This document shows, piece after piece, positions 25,566-38,621 of a stretch of 64,000 nucleotides of DNA. Numbering within the stretch: the stretch's first letter is position 1; every line of letters starts with the position of its first letter. This stretch comes from Pseudovirgaria hyperparasitica. Its lineage: Eukaryota. Location: the NCBI GenBank assembly GCA_010093815.1, contig ML996585.1; one strand, written 5' to 3'. A program made the position numbers and the translations under genes. Under the pieces are notes generated by a model. That model saw nothing but the letters and a program-made list of their open reading frames with translations, ran no database searches and had not been told where the DNA came from.

Positions 25566-26947
25566 ATTTGCGAAGGTCAGCTACGGCTTCCCTCCAAGCG
25601 ATGGATATGGTAGCAAGGGTGGTGCTAGACCGAGTAGCTAGTAGCAAGGGGGGAATTAATGGTTGAGCCACCAACAACAGAAATATTAAGAAATTAATAG
25701 ACCGATCAACGGTATGTAGACTGGAGTGGATAAGAATGCTGAAAGCAAGGATGCTTCGATCTACGAAGACTGGGATAAGAAAGGAAAGGTAAGGGAAGAG
25801 CAACGGAATGAACGAAAAGGAAGAGTGACTCGAGCAAGAGGTTGGTTGAGAGAAAGCGGCACGGCGGTCAGTAGGTATAAATTCGACCGGCCAGCAGACC
25901 TTGGAGCTTCGTCATGGCGGACGTTACGTTTGCCGATGCAGAACAGAAGAGGATCCCATTGAATTGCATGGCGGCAAGAGACCAGAACGAGCGTCTCGCA
26001 CAGAGGCCTGAAGAGTAATTAGTGCGAGCACGGCTTACACTATACGACGTGGCCATGATATGGAGGACAGGAGGATGAGGAATATGATTGGCTGCAAGGG
26101 GATGATTGGCACACAAAATAGGATGGCAGGCGAAGCGCCGGGGGTAGGGAATCGTTCGCGAGCGGGTACGGACAGAGGGTCCCTGGTTGCTGATGATGCA
26201 GATGGTGGCAGATTCAGCAGTAGTGTGTGTATAGTGTATATTCCAGTATTGCAGCAAGCAAGAAAGTGAATGCTAGCTAGTATTGACGTTGACCAACAGC
26301 AGCGACTGGAAGCGCGGACGTCTGGAAGCGCCCAATCCAGAGATCCATGTTGTGTTCTGTTGTTTTAGCGCCCACGAGTGATACCCACTCTTCCCGTAGC
26401 CAATCACGACGCCGAAATCATGGGTCTTCTTCCAAGTCTGACTCTACTGCTCAGCAAAGCACAAGATGCAATTACTGGCATTGGCATTATAATTTGTTGT
26501 TGTGGTGGTACACGGCAGTTATATGTGGGGCAAGCTCTTGTCTATAGGTACTGACCATACGCAGTCTCTCCCGTAATGACAACACTACATCTCACTGCCG
26601 GAGAACATCCATGGACGTTTTGTCTTTGATCGGAGCCGTCTTACATATAATACGAGACGTTTGCTGCTATCCTCGCCCTGGTCTGACACCGAATACATGC
26701 ATGCAATAGGCACGATATTGAAAGACTCCAGAATGGTAGATCATCTGATGTGGACTAGTTGTTGACATACGGCGGTTGCTAGGTATATATCCATGGTGGC
26801 GATTTAAAATTCATGCCTGAGGCAGGCACGAGCTCTTGCACCCCCACCAGACGACAGTACCAAAGTGTGTGAGCAACCTGCATCTATAATCGACATCACC
26901 TTGCTGATAGCTCCGTCCAACCTTCCAGTCTCTTCTATAACAATACC

Positions 26948-28130
26948 ATGTCGCCTCCGGCCATCATAGCACCCTCTATTCTTTCCTCTGATTTTGGTGC
27001 GTTGGGAAAAGCATGTTCAGACACGATTGAACGCGGGGCAGATTGGCTGCATGTTGACATTGTGAATAAGCGATTCCCACTGTTTGAAGATTGACCCTGC
27101 AACTGACGAAGATACCAGATGGACGGTCATTTTGTCCCCAATATGACTTTTGGTGCTCCGGTAGTCACGAAGATCCGTCCGCACGTTTCGAAACCTACCA
27201 GCGCTTACGGGCGTGGAACATTCGATTGCCACATGATGATTGCCGAAGTAGGTTACGTTCACTTGCCTCTCAGCAGTATTCTGTCCAATGGGCCCATCTG
27301 TATTTCCTCTTCGACGCCCTGTCAGTCTATTAGATAAGAACGGCCAGACCAGGCATTACCACCACTCGCTCCAAAATCCGCTCATGTATTCACCTGAAAA
27401 CCCACCTGCAGCATCACGTCTCACCAAGTGAGACCCTCACTTAGCAATGCACGACTGAACTCTGACAAGTAACCCCCAGCCCAAGCGCTGGGTTCGCGAA
27501 TTCCAGAAAGCTGGTTGCGACCTGTACTGCTTCCACTACGAAGCGGCCATCAACTCCACCGCCGCCGAAAGCCCCTCCGAAGACGAGCCCACCAAGACGA
27601 ATCCCAAGGAGCTTGTTCGTTACATTCACTCCCTTGGCATGCAGGCAGGTATCGCCATCAAACCGTCGACAAAAGTCGACGTACTCTGGGATATCCTTGC
27701 GAGCGATATCAAAGAGGAGATTCCTGACGTAAGTTGCCCGCCTAGTACGTTTCAATAAACTTCACCCTGAACCTCGAAGCGCTTACGAAGCGCCGGACTC
27801 TTTTGTCTTCTTATCTCGATCGAAATATCAATGGCTCGTGTACATGGCAGCTGACCTTGCCTTTAGATGGTTCTGGTCATGACCGTTGAGCCCGGCTTCG
27901 GCGGGCAATCATTTATGGAGTCTGAGCTACCCAAGGTAACGGCGCTTCGGGAGAAGTATCCAGATTTGCACATCGAAGTCGACGGGGGACTCTCAGAGAA
28001 GACCATTGATCAGGCTGCTGATGCGGGTGCCAATGTCATTGTCGCTGGATCGGCAGTGTTTGGTGCGAATGACCCTGCAGAAGTCATCGCAAACTTGAGG
28101 GAGGCAGTAGAGAAGAGAAGGAAGAAGTAG
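26948..28130 (+). CDS. RPE1: ribulose-phosphate 3-epimerase, four exons
   Basis: [66 protein letters not shown]. Introns ~27062-27118, 27248-27479 and 27729-27866. Confidence 0.95.
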
Positions 28131-28400
28131 AATCAGGAGTGTCGTCGAAAGCGAATGCTCACTCCGTGTGACCGTGTGGAGATGTGGCTGCAATTGTGAT
28201 GTAGTTCTGCGCCCCCAAGCTTCAAAGTTGCTATTGGATTCTCGACCTGCCTGACTTAGTATACGAGAAAGAACTTTCTAGTGGTGTATAACTCGAATTA
28301 TCATTAACTAAGCTACGTATTATAATGGTTTCTTAGATATAACGATATCAACCAACGTCATGCGTGACTCCTCCAAATTAATATAGACTTACTGCTAATA

Positions 28401-30124
28401 TCATCCTGTCTTTACTTTCGCTGCTGCCGCGACCAAAAGTTTCAAATCCTTCTCCATAGTTTGTCTTCCATCGTACGTCTTCCAGACTTGATGTGGTGCT
28501 TTCTTGACACTGTCCCACGCAACGAGGTTCTTCGTGAGCTTAGACAGGTCTTCCTGCTTCTTCTCCCATTCACTATCAGTCTTGACCTTTATGCCGGACG
28601 ACACGACGACCACAGGTACGCTCTGGCTTTGTATAGCTCGAGCAGATACGACCTCGTTCTTGGACAACGAATCTGCTACCAAATTCTCCTGTAGCTGCGC
28701 CTTGATAAATTTGCCAGACTGATATGCGTTGCGCCCATAGACACGGTCTTGTCTCGTACGTCCCTTGAACATGGCACCTCCAAGTCGCTCGATGCCCAGT
28801 GGTGACAACACACCCCAGCCCCATAGCACGAATCCACGTCCCGGTGAGCTCAGACGATGTAATAGATCCTCATGGTACGGATCGATCAGCATGATGCCAA
28901 CAACATCATGTGGATGACGGGCTGCAAAAATACGGCTTGTGATCGTGCCTACACCAGCCCCGACGGCAATCCACGGTCCCTCCTCGCCAGCGCGGGCAAG
29001 GGCTTCGGAGAGTGCATCGGACGACATACCAGCGGAATGGGGTGAAGGGGCGTTATCGGACCAAGCGTACCCCGGACGGTCCCAGTAGCAGTAGCGAGAG
29101 ATGCTACCATTCCTGTAGCTATTGTACGCCCAGTGCTCAAAGTCATATTCGGATGGGTACTCCCCTGCTTCGAGCAGAACTGTAGGTTCACGTTTGCCAT
29201 GGCTTTCCGTTACGTTACCTACACAAGCAAGGTGTACTTGGTATTTGTCACCATCAACAAAGTAACGCTCTCCAGCCATTGGAAGGGAAGCATCGCGGGC
29301 TCGGAGGATGAGAGTGCCAGTCATGAGAATGACGATCACAATGTAGATGATGAGAATCACAGTGGCGAGGAAAACACCAATCCATTCAGCCAAGGTGCGG
29401 CGTGTCTCTGGACGACCAGTGAGCCGCTCCTCTTCTTCACGCTTACCCCAAGCAACGATTCTGTCGACGAACAAGCACCATATAGCCATAATTGTAGCCC
29501 AAATCACCGAGGCAAGACCAACCCAGCCTTCCTCAAATCTGACTTTTGTCACAGCCGAGATGAGAATGACGTCGATCAAAAGGAGGGTTGCAATGATGGC
29601 AGACGAAATACGCATTGCTCGTGATGGATTGGTGTAGAACAGTAGTGCAACGAAGAGATTGCCAAGCGTGAGGGTCGTATAGGAGAAATCAAAGAACCCG
29701 GAGCCACGCGAGTGCATGCCTGGAGGAGAGACGAAGATTGAGACCAGTAATAGTACCCACCATACGAATGTTACGAGGAAGAAGAGTACTGTAAGCCATC
29801 GAAGGAATCGGACGGACCAAAGATTGTAAGGAGAGACCTAGGACATTGGTCAGTGTCAATAGAACGAATCGACCAATTTCCCATATCAAATTGCAGTTGT
29901 TTCTCTTTACGGGATTTGTCACGTACAGCTGGATCATCAGGATCAAGGTATCCGTCATTGGGTGGTGGTCTTGGTTGCGCGGGAAGCAGCCTTGTGCGCT
30001 CATCTGCCTCAGGGCTGCGGTAATCTCCCGATGAACGAGGGGGAGGCGCTTCCTCGCCGGTACGTTCGTCGGCTTGACCATCAACTCCATCGCCATTCTG
30101 CTTGGAGCTCCAGAGAGATACCAT
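28401..30124 (-). CDS. integral membrane protein (DUF2417-like N-terminus) with alpha/beta-hydrolase fold
   Basis: MVSLWSS..DERTRLLP..GYLDPDDPA|VSPYNLWSVR, several TM helices, then YWDRPGYAWSD hydrolase motif. Intron ~29838-29925. Confidence 0.8.
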
Positions 30125-30973
30125 GATGGTGCTGTTGGATACTATGGACCGCGAATTGGGAGGCGCCGGGTATCCCAAGAAGTCGAAGGAAAAGACACGC
30201 TGGGCTACAGGAGGTAGAAGTAATGGTAGAGGTAATGGGGAAGATGATGGTAGAGGTAATGATAGAGGCAGGAGAAGAGGTAAGTAGTCGGCAAGGAATT
30301 CCCGGCGTCATAGAGGGCGAAAAGGTGGCTGCGTCTACTCCTGCGTCTAGCCCATACTATATGTGGCTGTTTAGCTGTTTCTGATGAAGCTCGCGCAAGA
30401 TGACGTTACGCCCAGCCCAACAGCGGGGACCCAGCCCCAGCCATCCAGGTTTCCTGAGCTAATTAGCCCCCCTGTTGGCCTGGCCGCAGATCGGCGCATG
30501 GAGCTATCTATGTAATTAGTTCTCTGCCGAACCTTGATATACATGGCAGAGCAGGATATAATATCAGGTATGTGTATCCATGGATATTCACTTCGGAACT
30601 TGTAGGCATGGAAGCTTCAAGTCAAGATCAGAACGCAACCGTATACCCTTCGTCGCCCCAGGTTCAGGACATCATTAGATGGACCCGTGAGAGATCAGCA
30701 ACGAAACAGAACTAGCAAGGGAGGGGACGACGCCCACAGATACTCTAGTGCTTGCATGCACAATGCAACCATCCAAACCCACTCACACAGTCTGTAGCTT
30801 GCCAAACGTTCATCTATCGAAGAACAGTATACGTAAAGTACCAGCGCAAGAGTGCATCTCATCTTACGTGCCTGTCTATCACTGGTTACAAGACCGGCAT
30901 CGGAGTCAGCTACGGACCTGCATGAGACTACGTCTTCTCAAGCTCTTGACATACATTCGGATTCAATATCAGC

Positions 30974-32160
30974 ATGTCCGACCTCGCCAAGTCCTTCGCC
31001 GCAACCAAATTTGTTCCTCCTCCACCAGCTTCAGCACTTTCAGAAGATCCTGAAAGCCACTATGTCTCTGACTCCTCGTCCGCATCATCCATGTCCTCGA
31101 CCGGCACATTACGCCCTACCACAGGACAAACACCTTCTGGTCCATCCATCACCTGGAATGACTACTTTACACAAGAGCTCTATCTCGAACACATTTTCGA
31201 TAATAAATCTCGTGCCAAATATCATGTATACGTAACACCTCCGGATACCATTAAAGCTCCTCTCTTCGTTCTTCACCATGGAGCAGGGAGCTCTGGTATG
31301 AGCCTAGCCTTATTTGCTAGAGAACTGAAGATGCTTCTCCCAGATGCAGGTATCATATCCCTTGAGGCGCGTGAGCACGGCAGTGTGGTGTACGACGCGG
31401 AGGGCAACGTCAACAGCGATCTTTCCATCGACGTGCTGAGCTCCGATATGGTTAGCATGCTAAAGCTCACTTCAGCAAAGCTCGGCTGGCCAGAACTCCC
31501 TACAATGTTACTTGTAGGCCACTCGCTAGGAGGTGCGGTGGTTACAGAAACTGCAAAGTCTGGCGTATTAGGCGATAGAGTTCTTGGATACGCTGTACTC
31601 GACGTCGTTGAGGGTTCGGCAATGGATGCTCTGAAAAGCATGCAGTCTTATCTATCTGCGCGGCCAAAATCATTCCCTACAGTAGACGCGGCCATAGATT
31701 GGCACATCAGGTCACGCACTCTACGGAATCTCGCGTCGGCAAGAGCATCAGTCCCGCCTTTATTGATGATGATTCCGTCGGGGGTTTGGGTGTGGAAGAC
31801 TGACCTTTCACGTACAGAGGCATATTGGGAGAACTGGTTCTCAGGCATGAGTAGCAAGTTTTTAACAGCAAAGGGGGCAAAGCTCCTGATGCTGGCTGGT
31901 ACTGACAGATTAGACAGGGAGCTGATGATTGGGCAGATGCAAGGTCCGTATATCCGTCTTTTCAAGTGATAGCGTGCTGACACGCCTATACAGGAAAGTT
32001 TCAATTATACGTCTTCCCAACGGCAGGCCATTTCTTGCAAGAGGATCTGCCTGAGAAAACTGCTGAAGCCATTGCAGAATTTTTTCGACGGAATGATAGA
32101 AATACCCTGGTGTTGCCACCTAAAGTCTCAGACTTGATTGCGCAGGGCAAGAAGGTATGA
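30974..32160 (+). CDS. PPE1: protein phosphatase methylesterase 1
   Basis: HHGAGSSG, VGHSLGG, VLDVVEGSAMDAL, LAGTDRLDRELMIGQMQ|GKFQL..GHFLQED. Intron ~31945-31993. Confidence 0.95.
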
Positions 32161-32351
32161 GTGCTGCTGTTGTTAAATTACCTGTGACATGCCTGCCAGG
32201 CTTCTGAGGGTCCGTTGATTGTTTGAATGATTCAGTAGATAAGTATAATCACGCCCCAATTTTGAAGTGCTGGCAACGACCTACAACGGGTGAACCAGAC
32301 AGTTTCCGTGAATACAAAGGTGATTATATACAATGATGCTTCATACCCTGA

Positions 32352-33308
32352 TCATGTTTGGAGATCGCCCTCAAACTCATCTTCCCGGGCAGACTTTTCC
32401 GGGCGGTTGTGCTTCCGCCTGCGTTTCTTCCTTGATATACCGTCACCGGCACTGCTCTCTCTTTCTAAAGGTACGTTTGAGCTTATACCTGTATGGACTT
32501 TCGGGGGTTCCTTCTCCTGCGCGATACATAATCGTGCCCTTTCCTTCTGTGGTTTTTTCACACTAAGTGGATTCGGGCCTTTGGGTCCTCTCACTTTCTT
32601 TCTTCGCGATTGAATTCCTATAGCTTCATCCTCTTCGCCTGAAGACCGTACTAAAGATCTATCCGGTTCCAAACCATTCTCAACGTTCTCCCATTTTCGC
32701 TTTGCTCCACTGTTTGGGGTGATTCGCGCCAGTAACCCAGATCGAAACTTATTTCGCTCTTCTTTCTCTCTCTTATCTTCTGACTCAGCAGCCATGGGTT
32801 CCAGTATCATAACACTACGATTGATGTATATGAGTGGAACTCCTAGCTTTGCTCTCATAGTTGCTCGGACTGCCTTGTCTTGAGTTGCGACCACATACCG
32901 GTGCTTATTAGTACCACTGTCCTTCGGATCGACAGTTTCCGATAGACATTCTAGTGTAGACATAGGTTCCTCCAGCTCGTGGTGCCCGCATCTCCGTCTC
33001 TCAAAGGTCTTCGCTTGCGCTATCAGATCGTTGTTCTTTGTCTTATAGAGGTGTCGCATAGAGCATTGTGTGATCACTTAAGGAAACTTAGGTTAGACTA
33101 TTACCGGCAATGCGAAGTACATATACTTACTAGGCTTAATCTCACCCTGGCATGTTCTCTTCAGCCCGCCGATTAAATCCATTGTGAACCGCGCAGCATC
33201 TTCAATTATTTCTGCATCGACTAGGACCTGGTATGGCTCCCTGAAATTGAAGGTGTGTTGGTATTGATGCATCAGCTTGCGATATTGCTTTTGTCGCTTG
33301 CCACGCAT
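32352..33308 (-). CDS. UTP23: rRNA-processing PIN-domain protein Utp23
   Basis: MRGKRQKQYRKLM..FREPYQVLVD, ITQCSMRHLY..FERRRCGH, YVVATQD, KGPNPLSVKK. One intron ~33078-33132. Confidence 0.92.
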
Positions 33309-33745
33309 CTTGATGGTCTGAAAGGCGTCTGAAAGTCGAATGCGGAGTTGAGTTGAGGTTTTACTTCGAGAGCTTGAACATACCCATGTAACGAACTAAA
33401 AGTTTCATGTTCATAATATGGATACGGAGCAAGCAGTCTTGTTCCCCACTACACTATAAGTATGTGTGGACCCTGCCTGCGTCTACTTCTACGGAAAGCG
33501 TCAAAGCGTCAAAGCGTGGGTCACTTCCCTCCACCAACTTTACAGAGATGGACATAGTCGCCCTCTGATGTTCTGATGTTAGCCACCTTGCCGCCTAGCA
33601 GGACCTCGTTGAGTATCCTGAATGGACTTTGTAACACTGCATGTCTTCGTTTTAAGCATCCTAAGGACCATCTTCTATTTCATCGTCCTCGGAATCGCTG
33701 GGCTGGATCCCTGCTACCGAAATAGAGACTCCCCTCTCCTCTCAA

Positions 33746-36700
33746 ATGCCTGAACAGTCAGACGACCCATCAGACCCGCCCGACGCAAAGAACACGCTGC
33801 CTCACTCGGACAATACTACTGATGAGGGTTCTGGTCATGCTTCCACAATGGGATCATCGAAGGCGCCAGTGGAGTACGATGATTTCGGTTTACCTGTAAG
33901 GGAACATCGAAGACCCACAGACGACGTCAATTTGGAATCACCTAAGGCCACTGTAGAGGAGAAATTGAATAAAATTACAGTGGAAGATAAACATCTACAA
34001 CAAGGGCAGTCTGTAGTGGCAATGTGCAAGAACCAGGACAAGGTGGTAGGCAAAAGATCGGTTGCGCATGTCAATGACAATGGTCATAGGCGCAAGCAAT
34101 CAGCCACAAAGTCCATTGATTCATCGCTAGAGCATGTTCGCAAAGAATCTCAAAACCGTAATCCACCTCTATTTGCAGAGAACGATGGGACTCGTGCTAC
34201 CTTTACCGTCTCAGAATTTTCCCACCAACAATTAGCACCACAGCCTGTAAAAGAGGAGGACGCCGAGAAAGAAGACGAGTGGCAAACTATGCCTTCATAT
34301 GCACCATTCGACATTTACAATGATGACAACAAGCTTGTGGCACGAGAGCATGTTGAAGATGACGATGAAGCCATTGCCTACGCTGGACTTGGAGGAGCTG
34401 GGAAAGGATATACTCGAGTTCAAATAGATGAAGATGCGCAATCTGCAACGAGTATGGATGATCAAACAGCCTACCTGTTTACCAGGCACCAAACTACTGA
34501 TCTGCTCGACGATGACGAAGAAGCCCGAGATCCGTTAGCACAGATGGAGGCTACCAAGGATTTACTTACAGAGGGCCAAAGGATAGCCTATGTTGGGCTT
34601 GTGCGCCTTGCTATGATAGCGATGGAGAAGGATTTGAGTAATATGGAACGAACCAGAGCGACTAAGAAGATTATTGACATTGCGGTCGAGTCATTGAAAA
34701 TGTGGAGTCAGAAAATGATGGTTCGTTTATACAGCCATATGGAAATCGATTCGTCAGGTGAGCATCGCAAATAAATATAACCTTTGGTCAACTGACGATA
34801 TTCTCAGAACAGATTATGATTGAACAGCTTGCTGAGCACGGCGTGGAGGCAGGAGACTTGACACCATCGCTCATGATCAACGCGCGCGTGAAGAACCCTG
34901 TCGTCGAAGAAGAGAAAGGCGATTCATCTGTCGCCGGAACGTGCAATCCTTCCGACGACGTTGCATCAGCGCAATCAGCATTACCGAAGCTGTCACATCC
35001 ACTAGCAGATAGTGAAGACGACGAAGACGAGCCTTTACCATCGTACGACCAGCATAAGAACGATGAACTACCCGAAGTTCGGACACTGTCACAGCTACCA
35101 ACAACCAAGAAACTTGACATTGATTTGAGGTGGACTGTACTCTGTGATCTGTTCTTGGTACTCATTGCAGACTCTGTCTATGATTCAAGGTCTCGCGAGC
35201 TTCTCGAGCTTGTTGGAAAGTCGCTCGAGGTCCATTGGCTTGAGATATATCGTTTCGAAAAGCGCGTGGTAGACGCTCTTGAGATGCAAGAGAGGGCGAA
35301 TAAGGAAAATTGGAACGAAGACGAGCATCTCATTAGTCGAGAAAAGCGAGCAAGAAATCGCCGGCTTGCTATGATGGGTCTTGCTACAGTAGGAGGTGGT
35401 CTTGTTATCGGTCTTTCGGCAGGTCTCCTCGCACCTGTTATCGGTGCTGGCCTCGCAGCAGGGTTTACTACGATTGGGATCAGTGGCACATCGGCTGTCT
35501 TAACGAGTACTGCTGCTGCTGCTGCCATCACAACCGGAGCAACTGTGACTGGCGGAACCATTGGCGTTCGGGCCGCAAGTAGGCGTACTGGTGCAGTCAA
35601 AACATTCGAGTACAGACCTCTACATAATAACAAAAGGGTCAATCTCATTGTGACTGTCTCTGGTTGGATGAACGGCAAGGTCGACGACGTTCGCCTACCT
35701 TATAGTACCGTGGATCCGATCATGGGTGATATATACTCCGTTCTCTGGGAACCCGAAATGCTGCGCAGTATGGGCGACACTATCAACATTCTGGCCACTG
35801 AGGCCTTGACTCAAGGTCTACAACAGATTCTTGGAAGTACCATCCTGGTTGCATTGATGGCATCACTACAAGCACCTATTGTCTTGACCAAACTGTCATA
35901 TTTGATTGACAATCCATGGTCCGTTTCAGTCGCAAGATCTGATGCAGCTGGACTCATCCTTGCCGATTCGTTAATTGATCGAAATCTTGGTATTCGCCCT
36001 ATTACATTAGTAGGATTCTCAATCGGTTCGCGTGTCATCTTCAGTGCGCTGAAAGAGCTCGCAAACAAGGGCGCGTACGGCCTCGTCCAGAACGTCTTCT
36101 TGTTCGGTTCTCCTGTGATTGCTAAAAAGGATGAATACCTGAAAGCAAAGTCGGTCGTCAGTGGCCGATTCGTTAACGGCTACGCTACAAACGACTGGAT
36201 ATTAGGTACGTTCCTGTTGTCGCTACGTAAAAACTGCTAACGAAGGAATAGGATATCTTTTCAGAGCAACAGGGGGAGGTATCATGCGCGTGGCAGGTCT
36301 CGCCCCGGTGGATATACCCGGCATAGAGAACATTGATGTCACACAATTTGTGCCCGGACACATGTCGTACCGTACAGCAATGCCCAAGCTACTCCGAGAG
36401 GTTGGGTTCCTCGTGGAAAGTGACGAGTTCACTGAGATAGAGGATCCCGATCCAGAAAACCATGAGCAGCGACAGCGTGAGCTGATCAATGAGATTGAGG
36501 AAGCACGCAAAAACTTTGAGAAGAAGCCTCAGAAGAAGGGTTTTTGGTCCTTTCGATCAAAGAAAAAGCTCGAGAAGAAAGACTGGGAGATGTATGAGGA
36601 TAAGAACGTGCCAGTAGATTCGGAAGCGAGATCTGGACCATCAGACCATGGCGGACTGGTTTTATTCGACATCGAAGCAATTCAGCGTGAAGTCGCTGAA

Positions 36701-37186
36701 CTTGCCGCCGACGGAGTGGAGATCCGGGAAATCGAATCCACTCTACCGCCAATGAAAATTGACATGAATGAACCTAGAACCCTACCTGCTAAGGCGTTGA
36801 TACTTCAAGAAACGAAAAGCCACACCGATAGCATTGGTATGAACAACGAAGCGGCTAGCAGTGCACCAAATCTAGCTGATAAGAGGAATACTACGCCACC
36901 AAAACCTAGTCAATACGATTATGTGGAATCTGAACACACCGAGCAGAGTTTTGCCAAGACTTTTGATATGTCATACACAGCATCGTCGAAGCATTCTGGC
37001 TTGTCACCGCCCGTGTTAGGAATGAATACACCATCAGGAGAGAATCTGCCTACGTTAAAACCCTCAGGTGAACGACCACCGCTGAAGACCATTAAGACTA
37101 CACCGGCAGCAGTCAGCCTGGATCACAATGCTTGGGCAGATGAGGATGACTTTGCAGAGAGTGAAATTAGCATGACGTTCGAATAG
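33746..37186 (+). CDS. DUF726 family membrane protein (alpha/beta-hydrolase-like; TMCO4/Mil1 relatives)
   Basis: DLRWTVLCDLFL..YDSRSR, GLATVGGGLVIGLSAGLLAP, LIDNPW, RPITLVGFSIGSRVI. Introns ~34758-34807 and ~36206-36251. Confidence 0.88.
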
Positions 37187-37498
37187 AGAACCGAAAGGTT
37201 GCATTGTAAGGCGTTGAATTGGGAGGGAGAACTAGTGTGGCATTGATGGCGTTTGATAACAAACTCGGCGGCCGATATGGCTGGAAGAATTTTGAGCACG
37301 TGGATGCGATGGTGGTAACATATCTATACCTATGGCCTCAGTAATCTTCTTATAATCACCCTTTTCATCACAGTTCAACTTCGTGGCATTGTTTAACATG
37401 TGGACAGCATCGTATGTCTCATTTCTGAGCGCACGTGTCTCGTCCGTAGGTCTCAGTCGGGAGGACATTAATCATGAGACTAACCCCTCCCGAGTTTG

Positions 37499-38319
37499 TT
37501 AGACTTCATCCATAAATTGAGAGCCTCCGGGAGCCCTTATGTGAGCCCCTGGGCTGAAACTCTGCGGGGTGAGGCTCCTATCTAGCACATCCATGACTGT
37601 AGTCGCCAACTCTACCGCCTCGATATCACGGGTAGTTGCGTCTGCTGGAGCCGTTCCAAGCCGCTGATGAATATCGGTATTGGATAAAGGGCCGTTACCT
37701 TCATGGAAAACCATGGCTTCTCTCCGTCTCCTCCTCAACGTCTGCTCTGCTTCACTTGCATCATGTTGCCTGCTATGTGCGCTTATTGGGACAGGTAGAT
37801 GCACACCCGATGGGTCTGGTAGGCCCAAGCTACTTGACATATACGGTGAATGTGCAGCACGTTCATAAGACCGCCTCTCAAAGATTGAATATCCACCAGT
37901 ATTATTCTCTTCTAGCATAAGCCGAGTCTTAGTTGCGCGTTGGCGTACTAGGCGGTCGGTTGATATGAGGTCAGAGGCTAGCGCTCGCATGCAAGACTTT
38001 GAGCGGGAGAACCGATCACAGAGTAGGGTCGTGGCGGCTTGTGCGATTTCGACATTGGAAGATTTTGCGAGGGTGACAAGCGACTTGATTTGAATGGAAT
38101 CGGCAGCAGAAACTTCTGGTGTAGACGAACGGTTGTGCGGATTTTTATTAGGCTTGTAGATCGCAGTGACGCGAACAACTTCGTGCAGACCGTACGAGAT
38201 ACCTTTGACTGCCATGAAGGCGAGAATCCCTGCGAGCATCAGATGTATATCGAAAAGCTTAACATAGCGCATGCAGTACCCACTCCAAACCAGAGCCATC
38301 GGTCGCTGACTTTGGACAT
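37499..38319 (-). CDS. conserved fungal hypothetical protein with N-terminal membrane anchor
   Basis: MSKVSDRWLWFGVG|ILAFMAVKGI after removing intron ~38230-38279; contains EQTLRRRRREAMVFHEG. Confidence 0.7.
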
Positions 38320-38621
38320 GATGCACTTGGGTACGTTGGGTTTGAAATTGTTCCTCCGAAAGCGATGCTCTACTCTATAACTAGTAGACTCCCTAAACCG
38401 TGCGCCTAGACATCGGCAGCAAGAGGGTGTAAGTAACAAGAGCAATCGCAACTTAGTATGTAGTAATTAATTAAATAGATCCGTAGTACCACAATTCATA
38501 GCGTGCCAGAATCTACAGTGTCTATCGACCAACATGGATGCAATGTGGGATCTTTAAATTTTTCGTAAGCTCTTCACCAGCACCTCCGCGACTCTCCACA
38601 CACACACACGACAACTGTGCC

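Noticed and set aside
33495..33517. (aaagcgtc)x3 in the UTP23/DUF726 divergent promoter
   Set aside because: Too short to distinguish from slippage; no motif I can assign.
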